A stretch of DNA of 64,000 bases. Source: Acidobacteriota bacterium. GTDB taxonomy: Bacteria; Acidobacteriota; UBA890; WLXD01. Shown here piece by piece: positions 10,837 through 19,845 of this stretch (position 1 is the stretch's first letter; each line of letters starts with the position of its first letter). The stretch spans positions 1 to 64,000 of the forward strand of contig CAXWPH010000010.1 in the NCBI GenBank assembly GCA_963666055.2, written 5' to 3'. The notes under the pieces were generated by a model. The model saw only the letters and a program-made list of their open reading frames with translations, was not told the DNA's origin and did not search any database. The position numbers were made by a program, and so were the translations under genes.

Positions 10837-10903
10837 GGCGCTTCCACAGGGATGTGGGGGAACGCCGGAAGCCTATCGCCGGGGCGGGCGAGGGTCCACG
10901 GAG
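10837..10903 (-). promoter_or_regulatory. Kinase leader repeat L5
   Basis: TGGACC (10898-10893), 17 bp, TAGGCT (10875-10870), 33 bp, ATG 10836. Confidence 0.75.
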
Positions 10904-11145
10904 AGGCACGGCCCCCGCAACGGTGCCTAGTGGTAGAGCCGGGCTGTTGTGCCGTCTCGGGGACGCACCCTGCGCCGCGTTCATCGGTGTCCCACGCATA
11001 CACCTCGTTGTCGCCGTCGCCGTCGATCAATCGAGGGCCTCCTGCCGCGGGGGCAATGATCCCGCAATGAACTCTGCGTTGTCGATGGTCTGGTCTTGTT
11101 CTACCCTCCGGCCGGCAGGATCAGGTCCCAGCACCAGGAGAACCT

Positions 11146-13113
11146 ATGCAACATAACCTTGTTGCTCTCCGTATCGTGATCGTCGCCAGCCTCACGCTTG
11201 CTACCTACGCCCCGGCAGAACAGACGGGCTCTGCAGCCTCCGGTAACTGGTCTCGGTACGCCGCCGACCAGGCGGGCACCAAGTACACGCCACTCGACGG
11301 CATCAACGCCAAGAACTTCGACCATCTCGAGATCGCCTGGCGCTGGGACACGGTCGATCAGCCTATCCTCGACGCCAACCCCGATATCTGGACCAACCGC
11401 AACGAAGCCACGCCGCTGGCCATCGACGGTGTCCTTTACACCACGACCTCGCTGAACCAAGCCGCGGCCATCGACGGCGCCACCGGCAAAACCCTGTGGA
11501 CGTTCGATCCCGGCACCTGGCGTGGCGGCTCGCCTGCCAGCCTCGGGTTCATTCACCGCGGCCTGGCGCTCTGGGAGCAAGACAACGGCGACAAGTGGCT
11601 CGTTTACGGCACGAGCGATGCGTACATGATCGCTCTCGACGCCGGCACCGGATCTCCGGTGCCGACGTTCGGCGACAACGGCCGCATCGACCTGACGCAG
11701 GGTTTGCGCCGACCGATCAAGCGCGAGTTCTACGGCGTTAACTCCCCGCCGATGATCTGCGGCGGCAACATCGTTATCGGCTCCGCCGTCTGGGACCTCA
11801 TCGCCGAGGACCTGGCGCCCCCGGGCGACGTGCGTGGCATCAACCCCGCCACCGGAGCCACCGCTTGGACCTTCGAGTCGATCCCGCAGGGACCGCTGGC
11901 CGAGGAAACCTGGGGCGCCGATTCGTGGCAGACGTACGGCAACACCAACGTGTGGTCGTTCATGAGCTGCGACGAGGAGCTCGGCCTCGTGTACCTGCCG
12001 TTCGGCACGCCGACGAGCGACTACTACGGCGGCGGCCGGCCCGGCGACAACCTCTACGCGGAGTCGATTGTCGCGGTGCGCGCCGATACCGGCGAGAAGG
12101 CGTGGCACTTCCAGGGCGTGCATCACGGCATCTGGGATTACGATTTCCCCGCCGCGCCGATCCTGGTCGACATCACGGTCGAGGGTCGCGAGATCAAGGC
12201 GCTCGTGCAGATCTCCAAGCAGGCCTTCGCCTACGTGCTTGACCGCGAAACCGGCGAGCCGGTGTGGCCGATCGAGGAGCGACCTGTGCCGCAGGAGCCG
12301 ACCATGCCCGGCGAGTTCCTGTCCCCGACGCAGCCGTTTCCCACCAAGCCGGCCGCCTTCGACCGGCAAGGCATCCTGCGCGACGAGCTCATCGACTTCA
12401 CCCCCGAGCTGCGTGCCGAGGCCGAGCAAATCCTGCAGCAGTGGGACCACGGCCCGCTCTTCACGCCGCTGACACAACGCGGCACACTGATGCTCCCCGG
12501 CTTCATCGGCGGCGCCAGTTGGGCGGGTGCCAGCGTGGATCCGAATTCCGGGATCTTGTATGTGCCCTCGGTAACCCTGCCTACCCTATTGGCGCTGCAG
12601 GAGCCGGCCGGCGAGTCGGCCTACCGTTACCAAATCTCCTTCGACGCGCTACCCGAGGGCCCACAGGGGCTACCGTTTTTCAAGCCGCCCTACGGCCGCG
12701 TTACCGCCATCGACCTGAACACTGGCGAGCACCTGTGGGTGACACCCATGGGGGCCGGCCCCAAGGACCATCCGGCGCTCGCCGGTCTCGAACTCGCCGA
12801 CCTCGGCTCGCCTTACCGCACGTTCCTGGTGCGCACACCGTCGTTGCTGCTGGCCGCCCAGGAGGGCCCGTTCACGGCTCCGTTCCTCTCGGACCGCGGC
12901 AACGCGATCCTGTTGGCCGGGCAGACCGAGGCACCGTCGATCCGGGCGCTGGATCCGGCGACCGGCGAGATCATCGGCGAGGTCCCGCTACCGAACAATG
13001 CAAGCGGAGGCTTTGTGACCTACATCGCCGACGGCGTGCAATACATTGCCGTGCCGATCGGCGGGGCATCGCAGAAGGCAGCGTTGGTGGGGCTGCGGGT
13101 GGAAAGCGAGTAG
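11146..13113 (+). CDS. PQQ-dependent dehydrogenase (quinoprotein glucose/quinate dehydrogenase-like)
   Basis: Signal peptide; NEATPLAIDGVLY, WHFQGVHHGIWDYD, PGFIGGASW, KPPYGRVTAIDLNTGE. Confidence 0.9.
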   Translation: MQHNLVALRIVIVASLTLATYAPAEQTGSAASGNWSRYAADQAGTKYTPLDGINAKNFDHLEIAWRWDTVDQPILDANPDIWTNRNEATPLAIDGVLYTTTSLNQAAAIDGATGKTLWTFDPGTWRGGSPASLGFIHRGLALWEQDNGDKWLVYGTSDAYMIALDAGTGSPVPTFGDNGRIDLTQGLRRPIKREFYGVNSPPMICGGNIVIGSAVWDLIAEDLAPPGDVRGINPATGATAWTFESIPQGPLAEETWGADSWQTYGNTNVWSFMSCDEELGLVYLPFGTPTSDYYGGGRPGDNLYAESIVAVRADTGEKAWHFQGVHHGIWDYDFPAAPILVDITVEGREIKALVQISKQAFAYVLDRETGEPVWPIEERPVPQEPTMPGEFLSPTQPFPTKPAAFDRQGILRDELIDFTPELRAEAEQILQQWDHGPLFTPLTQRGTLMLPGFIGGASWAGASVDPNSGILYVPSVTLPTLLALQEPAGESAYRYQISFDALPEGPQGLPFFKPPYGRVTAIDLNTGEHLWVTPMGAGPKDHPALAGLELADLGSPYRTFLVRTPSLLLAAQEGPFTAPFLSDRGNAILLAGQTEAPSIRALDPATGEIIGEVPLPNNASGGFVTYIADGVQYIAVPIGGASQKAALVGLRVESE

Positions 13114-13154
13114 GGGAAGCCCGGCCCCCGACTAGGCCAATACGAGACGCTTCC

Positions 13155-13210
13155 GAAGCAGGGTGAGCGCCCTGAAGCCTATCGCCGGGGCACGCGAGGG
13201 TCCACGGGAG
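13155..13210 (-). promoter_or_regulatory. Kinase leader repeat L6 (no ATG; faces the 3' end of the PQQ gene)
   Basis: TGGACC (13204-13199), 17 bp, TAGGCT (13181-13176). Confidence 0.7.
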
Positions 13211-13385
13211 ACGCCGGAATGCCGCCGCTCAGCGCCTTTCTAACGTCCGCCGGCACCCAGCCCACCGAAGTGCCTGTCAGGTTGTCGGCGGCCCGTAGCG
13301 GGGCCTTCTCGGGGCTCCTAAGCAGACATATGACTGGTGTCTGCCCCGGCATTGCGGACGAGCGGAATCGAGGGTCGCTGGGTGG

Positions 13386-13535
13386 CTCGCGAGACTCCGC
13401 TGGCGCCGCTACGGGTCCGTCGGCACGGGTCGCTTCAGTTCGTCGAACCAGTTGAGGACGACGTGCAGCTCGGTTTCCCGTCCCGGATTGGTCTCAGCGG
13501 CCCTGATCATGACGAACCGTTCGCCGTCAGGAGCG
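13386..13535 (-). repeat. Kinase C-terminal tail plus trailer repeat T3
   Basis: Encodes APDGERFVMIRAAETNPGRETELHVVLNWFDELKRPVPTDP*; trailer ctcgcgagactccgctggcgccg. Confidence 0.85.
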
Positions 13536-13608
13536 CTTTCCGGAAGGCTGGCAGCAGCCGTTGCCGTTCATCCGGGTCGTCCCGCAGCCGAAGTAGGCTG
13601 ACGCTCCA

Positions 13609-14658
13609 TCAGGGACCGGGTCGGGTCGGACCTGCGGTCGCGCGACGAGCCGACTTGTCGTTGTCGCATGCGTCGCCGATGCCGTCGCCGTCCGAGTCGC
13701 CTTGCTGTGGGTTAACCTGTTGCCGGCAATTGTCCTCGCTATCCGGAATGCCGTCGAGATCGCGGTCGGTTCTCTGCAGCTTCAGGTAACAGGAGGATGC
13801 CTCGTCCTTCTGGCAGGGCTGCTCGGGAATCGTCGAGTCGATGACGGTGTTGACCCGGCGCTGACCGTCCGTCTTTTTGTCGACCTGGCCCGTAGCGACG
13901 CGATGGAAGTGCGCCCGCCAGATGACCTCTGTCGAACCGACGCGGTAGCGCACGGCGACTCCCCCGGAGATCGGATCCTTGTCCCAGTAGGTCAAGCGCT
14001 CGACGCTGAAGCCCATCTGCTCTAGCACGGTGTTGGCATCCTTCACCGGCTTGCCCTTCTGTGTGAGCTTGGCCTTCTTGGTCTCCGGGTCCGAGTGCTG
14101 GCGCTGCGTGCTGCGCGGAGCATCACCGTTGTGGTCGATCTCGTGGGCGAGCGTGGCGATCAGCTTGACGCTGGCCAGCAATTGGCGCGCGGCAGCGACT
14201 CCGCCGATCAGCACCGGCATGTTTTCGCCATCGACCTCGACGCCGGTGTTCAGCGCGTCGATGTCGCCGAGATCGACGCCCAGCAGGGCCTGGTTCTTCT
14301 GTGTCGGTGCGGCCCTGCCGGAGAACACATCGGGATTGTCCCGGGACACCTGGACTTTCAAGCGACCCCGGTGCGTTTCGCACGCCTTGGCCACTTTGGC
14401 TCGCATGTCCTCGGATTTCTGGTATGCATTTTTCAGCGTATCCGCGACGCGCTTCTCGTCCGCGGCTGTGGCCTTGCCTGTGCGCTCGACGGTGACCTTG
14501 CAGTCTCCGAGCTCGAACACCGTTTTCCGGTCGCTTCGCCGAGCGCCAGTCGATGCAGCTGATTGCGCCTCCGCCGGCCACGGACTGTCGGTCAGCTGCA
14601 CGAGCATCACCGCCATCACTGTCAGTATCGACAGGCGGATCGTCGTCGATGCCCTCAT
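13609..14658 (-). CDS. Secreted protein with an HExxH motif and a thrombospondin type-3 repeat
   Basis: Signal peptide from ATG 14658 (ATGA overlap with the upstream gene); TLAHEIDH; DRDLDGIPDSEDNC..DSDGDGIGDACD. Confidence 0.7.
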   Translation of the reverse strand: MRASTTIRLSILTVMAVMLVQLTDSPWPAEAQSAASTGARRSDRKTVFELGDCKVTVERTGKATAADEKRVADTLKNAYQKSEDMRAKVAKACETHRGRLKVQVSRDNPDVFSGRAAPTQKNQALLGVDLGDIDALNTGVEVDGENMPVLIGGVAAARQLLASVKLIATLAHEIDHNGDAPRSTQRQHSDPETKKAKLTQKGKPVKDANTVLEQMGFSVERLTYWDKDPISGGVAVRYRVGSTEVIWRAHFHRVATGQVDKKTDGQRRVNTVIDSTIPEQPCQKDEASSCYLKLQRTDRDLDGIPDSEDNCRQQVNPQQGDSDGDGIGDACDNDKSARRATAGPTRPGP

Positions 14659-15248
14659 GGTTGCACGATCTCGAAGATGGCCCAGTGACCGTGATCGTTG
14701 CCCCCGGGTACGCGCACCAACTGATCGAATCCCTCGAGCGCGAAGCCGAGCCAGTGAAAGTCCACGGACGGCAGCATCTCGACCCGGGTGAGGATCTCGA
14801 GCAAGACCGTGCCCCGAGCCGTTGGCCCCAGCGTCACCGGGCCCAGGGGGCTGACGAAGTCTCCGCTCAGCGGAGCACAATGGGCCGCAGCCTGGGCATC
14901 GACACCAAAAGACCTCCCGAACGCCTGGTTGTCGGCCAGTCCGGTGTTCGGGTCCTTGTCGGCATCGATGAAGATGCCGTAGGAGAGCGCCTCAGCGGAG
15001 TTGGTGCATTCCGGCATCTCGGCAAGCTCGATGCGGATCGCCACCTGACGGCCCTTGACCCTGCGGAACTTGTCGATGTTGCCGAGCTCCACGACCTCTG
15101 CCGACAGCACGTCCAGATGGCCCGGCAGCTCCGACGCTCCCGGCGCGGCGACGAGACCGGCCAACGAGACCAGCATCAGAGCCAACACTATCGGCAGCGC
15201 TCGAACCAGCAGTAGTCTCACTTGGGAGCTCCCCCGCGTCGACGTCAT
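14655..15248 (-). CDS. Secreted hypothetical protein
   Basis: 197 aa with a hydrophobic N-terminal signal; YGIFIDADKDPNTG; coupled to the downstream gene. Confidence 0.6.
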   Translation of the reverse strand: MTSTRGSSQVRLLLVRALPIVLALMLVSLAGLVAAPGASELPGHLDVLSAEVVELGNIDKFRRVKGRQVAIRIELAEMPECTNSAEALSYGIFIDADKDPNTGLADNQAFGRSFGVDAQAAAHCAPLSGDFVSPLGPVTLGPTARGTVLLEILTRVEMLPSVDFHWLGFALEGFDQLVRVPGGNDHGHWAIFEIVQP

Positions 15249-15281
15249 GGGTCAGCCTGACGATTCAAGCACGTAGTCCTT

Positions 15282-15400
15282 CATTCGCCCAGCGGTGATG
15301 TGATCGGACGACCTCGGTGCCGGGTTGTATCCCTACCTGTCCGTCGGCGGCACGAGCCGCTTCAGCTCGTCGAACCAGTTGGTGACGAACGCCACCGTTA
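15282..15400 (-). repeat. Kinase tail T4 immediately followed by a degenerate kinase start
   Basis: VAFVTNWFDELKRLVPPTDR* (stop 15333-15335), then ATA CAA CCC GGC ACC GAG GTC...ATCACC..CTGGGCGAA resembling MEPGTK..IT..LGE. Confidence 0.7.
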
Positions 15401-15481
15401 CCGTCGACGGCATCCCCGTGGGTGACGGACGGCACGCTGTTGGCTCGGTAGCGGGTCGGCAGCGGCGCACAGATCGCGACG

Positions 15482-17833
15482 TTATCGAGGCAGGATCCAC
15501 TCCAGGCCCGCGCGGAGTGACCTCGGCGCACCGGGACCAAGGAACCGCGGATCGTCGAACCTTCCAGCGAACACCTCGCCCGGCTCACCGAGAACACCGA
15601 ACGTCTCGTATTCCGCATCCAGCAGGTTGGTCACCGTGGTGTAGAGCGTCACGGTCTCACCGACGCGGTAGGACCCCATCGCGTTGAGCAGCGTGAACCC
15701 GGGTACCGGTGCGAGCAGGTTCGCCTCGTCGCCCCTGAAATACCGCGACGAGGTGGACATCAGGTCCAGCCCGAGCTCCACGGCGTCGCCGACGTTGGCG
15801 GTGAATCCGGCCTTCAGATTGTGCCGCGGTATTCCCGGTATCGCGTCGCCGGGCTCAACGCGGATCTCACCATCGACCGCCAGCGGGTGGTTCGGGCTGG
15901 GGACCGTCAGGACGGTGTCGAAGGTGGGGCTCAGGTGCATGTAATCCACGTGCCAGCCGAAACGACCGGCGATGCGACCGGAGGCGCCGAGCTCGACCCC
16001 GCGGCGCCGCGTCCGGCCGACGTTCTCGAAGAACCCTTGCCCGCGCAGCGGACCGCTGCTGACGAACAGGATGTCGTCGTGGTTGACGCTCTGAAAGACA
16101 ACCGCCCGTAGATCGAGCGACCGCAGCCGCGCTCTGAGCCCCCCCTCCCAGGTTCGCGTCACAACCTGCTCGAGTGCAGGGTCGGCGACGAAACCGTTTG
16201 GAAGGCGGCACGGATCCTCGGGATCGGCGCAGGTCAGCTCGACCGGGGTCGGAGCCCGGGATGACTCCGCGTAGCCTGCGAACACCGATACCCGGCTCGA
16301 AGCCTGGAGCGCCAGGCCGCCGGAGAGGTTGAGCCGACCGAACGAGTGATCCCCGTCCAGGTCATCGCCAAGCTCGTCAAACAGCTCGATCCGGGTGTCG
16401 TTGTAGCGGCCCGACACGGTGAGAGAAACACGAGGGCTCACCGTCAGCATGTCGGTGACGAACAGCCCGAGGTTGCGGTTCCGTGCCTGTAAGTGCACGA
16501 GCGAGTCGAGCCAGACGATGCCGTGTCCCTCCGCGCCGCGATCCGGGGTCAGGGCAGCCAACTCGGATTGCGAGCGGAACCGCGTTCTCCCGGCGTCGTA
16601 GCTGACGCCGACGATCAGCTGATTGTCCCGCTGCAGTATGCCCTCCCGAATCGTCGTCTCGAGAGCCCCGCCATAGCCCCGTTGCCGCGTCTCGCTGGTG
16701 TTGTTGAGCGCGTCGACCGCGTCGGCTCCGAGCGAAACGGGATTCCCGGTCAGGTCCAAGACCGGCGTTCCGCCGTCTTCACCCACGCACAGGTGGTCCA
16801 GGGGCGCGGCCGCCAGGCAAGCCTGGAAGTCGGCCGTATCGGCGTTGAGGGTCTCGACGTTGTTGCGTCGGAAGTACGCGCGTCCCTCCAGCCAGTTCCC
16901 ATCCGCGATCTCACGGCGCGCCCCGACGGAGGCCAGGATCAGCGCGTTGTCGGTGATGTCGGGATGCGTGAACACGGTAGCGCGGTCGATGGTCAGAAGC
17001 TCAATCGGCGCAGCGCCGTTGCCCTGAAGCCGATTGTCTGCGGCAGTCACGCTCGCTTCGACCGCCGTCGCCTCGCCCTGCCAGCTCAACTTTCCGAACA
17101 GCCGCCGAACCAGCGAAGGCGAGAAGTCCCGCCAACCATTCTCCGACATCAGGTCTCCGTTGAGGTAGTAGCCGAGCTTTCCCCGGGCTCCACCGCTCTG
17201 CAGCGAGACTCCGCGCTGGCCAAACGACCCCGCCTCGGCGCGGAGCCCGTGGCTCCGGTCGCTGAAGCCGGACTTGGTGCGTATGGAAACGGAGCCGCCC
17301 AGGGTGTTGAGACCGAACAACGGGTTGGAGCCAGAAAACAGGGCGAGGGCGGAGATCGCCGATAGCGGAACCAGGTCCCAGTGGACCGTGTCGCCGAACA
17401 GCTCGTTGAGCCGCACGCCGTCCTGGTAGACGGACAGTCCCTGAGGCGAACCCAGCAGGGGCGACGCGGCGTACCCGCGGAAGTGGACGTCGGGCTGGAA
17501 GGGATTGCCCTGCGCTTCGACAACGTGCACACCGCCGAGCCCACGACTCATGAGGGCGCTGAGGTTCCGTGCACGAGACCGAGCGATCGCCTCGGCGCCC
17601 ATGGTCTGAACGCTCGCCGCAACCTTGGCGAGGTCGACGCCGGCGCCGATCGGCGTCACGCCGATGACGGTAATCTCGTCGACGACCGTCGGCCGGTCGG
17701 GTTCTTGTTGCGTCTCCCCTTGTTGCCCCTCGGCGATGGACGCCATGCCCCCGAGCAGCGCGACGCCCAGGCCGAGAATCGTCGCGGCCAAGCGTCGAGA
17801 TGAGATGTTCGAGAGGCCGTGATCCCCGCGCAT
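15482..17833 (-). CDS. TonB-dependent receptor
   Basis: Signal peptide, TonB box DEITV, plug GNPFQPDVHFRG..YQDGVRLNE, barrel ending NLLDAEYETFG..GAPRSLRAGLEW; start codon uncertain. Confidence 0.9.
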   Translation of the reverse strand: MRGDHGLSNISSRRLAATILGLGVALLGGMASIAEGQQGETQQEPDRPTVVDEITVIGVTPIGAGVDLAKVAASVQTMGAEAIARSRARNLSALMSRGLGGVHVVEAQGNPFQPDVHFRGYAASPLLGSPQGLSVYQDGVRLNELFGDTVHWDLVPLSAISALALFSGSNPLFGLNTLGGSVSIRTKSGFSDRSHGLRAEAGSFGQRGVSLQSGGARGKLGYYLNGDLMSENGWRDFSPSLVRRLFGKLSWQGEATAVEASVTAADNRLQGNGAAPIELLTIDRATVFTHPDITDNALILASVGARREIADGNWLEGRAYFRRNNVETLNADTADFQACLAAAPLDHLCVGEDGGTPVLDLTGNPVSLGADAVDALNNTSETRQRGYGGALETTIREGILQRDNQLIVGVSYDAGRTRFRSQSELAALTPDRGAEGHGIVWLDSLVHLQARNRNLGLFVTDMLTVSPRVSLTVSGRYNDTRIELFDELGDDLDGDHSFGRLNLSGGLALQASSRVSVFAGYAESSRAPTPVELTCADPEDPCRLPNGFVADPALEQVVTRTWEGGLRARLRSLDLRAVVFQSVNHDDILFVSSGPLRGQGFFENVGRTRRRGVELGASGRIAGRFGWHVDYMHLSPTFDTVLTVPSPNHPLAVDGEIRVEPGDAIPGIPRHNLKAGFTANVGDAVELGLDLMSTSSRYFRGDEANLLAPVPGFTLLNAMGSYRVGETVTLYTTVTNLLDAEYETFGVLGEPGEVFAGRFDDPRFLGPGAPRSLRAGLEWILPR

Positions 17834-18028
17834 CCGTTGCTCGCTCCTCGCCGCGCGAAGTACCGCGCGCTCTGGCGACGGCGAGCAGGTCACCAAAGTC
17901 GCTAGCACCCACGCGGCCGTCCCGGCAAGATTACGCTGTCCGTTGTCACCGTGGGGAGGGAGATGGTTCCGAAAATGTCACCGAGTGCTGGCATACCCTG
18001 CGGTGAGGCCGCTCAGGTGAAGCTTCAG

Positions 18029-18110
18029 CTCGCAAGCTGCGGCTGACGCCGCTACGGGTCCGTCGACACGAGCCGCTCCAACTCGTCGAACCAGTGGGTG
18101 GCCAGCGTCG
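18029..18110 (-). repeat. Kinase C-terminal tail plus trailer repeat T5
   Basis: Encodes PTLATHWFDELERLVSTDP*; trailer ctcgcaagctgcggctgacgccg. Confidence 0.8.
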
Positions 18111-18161
18111 GGGTATCCGGAGGTCGGCATCCGCGCTCAAGGACTAGCGGACCGCGTGCTG

Positions 18162-18350
18162 CTACTGCTGCTGAGGCTCGAGGTCCTTGGTTGCGAGCAG
18201 GACCGCCGCGCCGACCATCATGGCGCCGCAGACCCGGTTAACCCAATTAGAAGAGAGGCTGCGGATGCGATGGGCAGCGTAGCCTGACAACCAGCCCCAT
18301 CCCAGGAGGATTACCCCGTCGACGATCAGGTAGGTGCCGCCCAGAATGCA
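18162..18350 (-). pseudogene. LysE-family exporter C-terminal fragment
   Basis: Manual translation ILGGTYLIVDGVILLGWGWLSG...NWVNRVCGAMMVGAAVLLATKD. Confidence 0.55.
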
Positions 18351-18532
18351 CGACGTGCAGACAAGTGCATGTTGAGCCCGTGAAGCCCAAACGGAGGCGA
18401 TTCGGCCGACTAGAGCTGCTGACGGCCAATCAGCACGACGCCCTGGAAGTGACTGGTATCAAAGGCGATTCTCGGGCCGGGGTCGAAACGGCTCGGTGCA
18501 CGGGGTATTGACGGCCTTCTGTCGAGTCGCCC

Positions 18533-19813
18533 CTACGGGTTGAAGATTGGCGAGGAGGATAGCTGCCGCGCGACCGACTGCAGATCCGGGTTCACCAGAT
18601 CCTCCCCGAAAGACCCGAACCAGGCGATAACCAGGTCACGTCGCGGCGATACGTACAGGAACTGCCCGCCGTAGCCACCCTTGCCGAAGTCGCCGTCCGC
18701 GAACACGACGTCGCATTGCCAGGCGCTGTGGGTCGGAAGCTCGCCGGCGGTTCCGTAGCCCGGTCGGAAGTTGCTTGATGGCGTCAATTCCGGACGGGCG
18801 TCATCGAGAAGCTTCTCGTGGAAAGCGGTTTGTTCCAGGAGGAACAGACCGAGCCGCCCAAGGTCGCGCAGCGTCGTGAAGACCCCTGAGTGGGCAGCCG
18901 CAGCCTGTCCGACAGCATAGTCACCGGAGACGATCAGACCATCGTGCTCGGCGCCGACCTGGACCCAGACCAGCTCCGACAGCAGTTCAGGGTAGGTCTT
19001 GCCGGTGACGACCTCCGCTAGGTACATCAGCACGTTGGTATTGGCAGATGTGTAGTTGTACCTCGTCCCCTGCTCGAAGCCGTGCGGTGCGGTCGCGATG
19101 TGCGATCGAAACGAAACGGGTGAGAGTTTCGGCTGAAACCCGACGCTGCGTTCCATCACCATGAAGCAGGAATCGATATCCCGGTAGGCGTCGTTACTCT
19201 CGTAGCAGCCGGTGCCGGAGGCCATGTCGAGGATGTTGCGAATCGTGATGCCTTCCCACGAGGTACCTTTCAACGCCGGGATGTAGTGATCGATGGTCTG
19301 GGCGACATCGACAAGCCCCCGGTCCTGAAGCTTCGAGATCAACAGACCGGTGATCATCTTGCTGATGCTGAAATAGATGTGCCTATCGTCGGCGCGCATG
19401 TTCACGTAGCGTTCGTAGACGATCTCGCCTCGGTGGAGCACGATGAAGCCATCCACGCGTGGATCGTTGGCGACGTAGTCGTCCAGCGTCACCCGGCCAC
19501 GGTCTCTCGTGTTAACCAGGTATTCAGCGACGTCCCCGCGTGGCGCCTCGGGAAGCTCCAGGATCGGACCACCACGGCGGAGTTCGACGAGTGGAAAGAG
19601 CTTGTCCATGTTGAGGTTGGCATAGCGCGTCAGCTCACCGCCGAACCAACCGGTGACGTAGTCCCAGCGTTCGTGCAGGACCCTGGCCTCGGCGGCCGAA
19701 AAGAGGCCACCGTGGCGCTCCGCGTCCTGCGGTTCGTTCGCCATTGAGACTGGCGTCGTCAGCGACACCAGCATCAGAAGCATGCTGGCAAGAACGATCA
19801 AGCGAGACTTCAT
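18533..19813 (-). CDS. Secreted serine hydrolase, beta-lactamase class C/NylB-like
   Basis: Signal peptide MKSRLIVL..; FSISK (SxxK), LDMASG, YNYTSANT, TLRDLGRLG, GYGGQFLYVSP. Confidence 0.9.
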   Translation of the reverse strand: MKSRLIVLASMLLMLVSLTTPVSMANEPQDAERHGGLFSAAEARVLHERWDYVTGWFGGELTRYANLNMDKLFPLVELRRGGPILELPEAPRGDVAEYLVNTRDRGRVTLDDYVANDPRVDGFIVLHRGEIVYERYVNMRADDRHIYFSISKMITGLLISKLQDRGLVDVAQTIDHYIPALKGTSWEGITIRNILDMASGTGCYESNDAYRDIDSCFMVMERSVGFQPKLSPVSFRSHIATAPHGFEQGTRYNYTSANTNVLMYLAEVVTGKTYPELLSELVWVQVGAEHDGLIVSGDYAVGQAAAAHSGVFTTLRDLGRLGLFLLEQTAFHEKLLDDARPELTPSSNFRPGYGTAGELPTHSAWQCDVVFADGDFGKGGYGGQFLYVSPRRDLVIAWFGSFGEDLVNPDLQSVARQLSSSPIFNP

Positions 19814-19845
19814 TGTTCTGTCTCCAAATCCAGAGGAGATCACTT

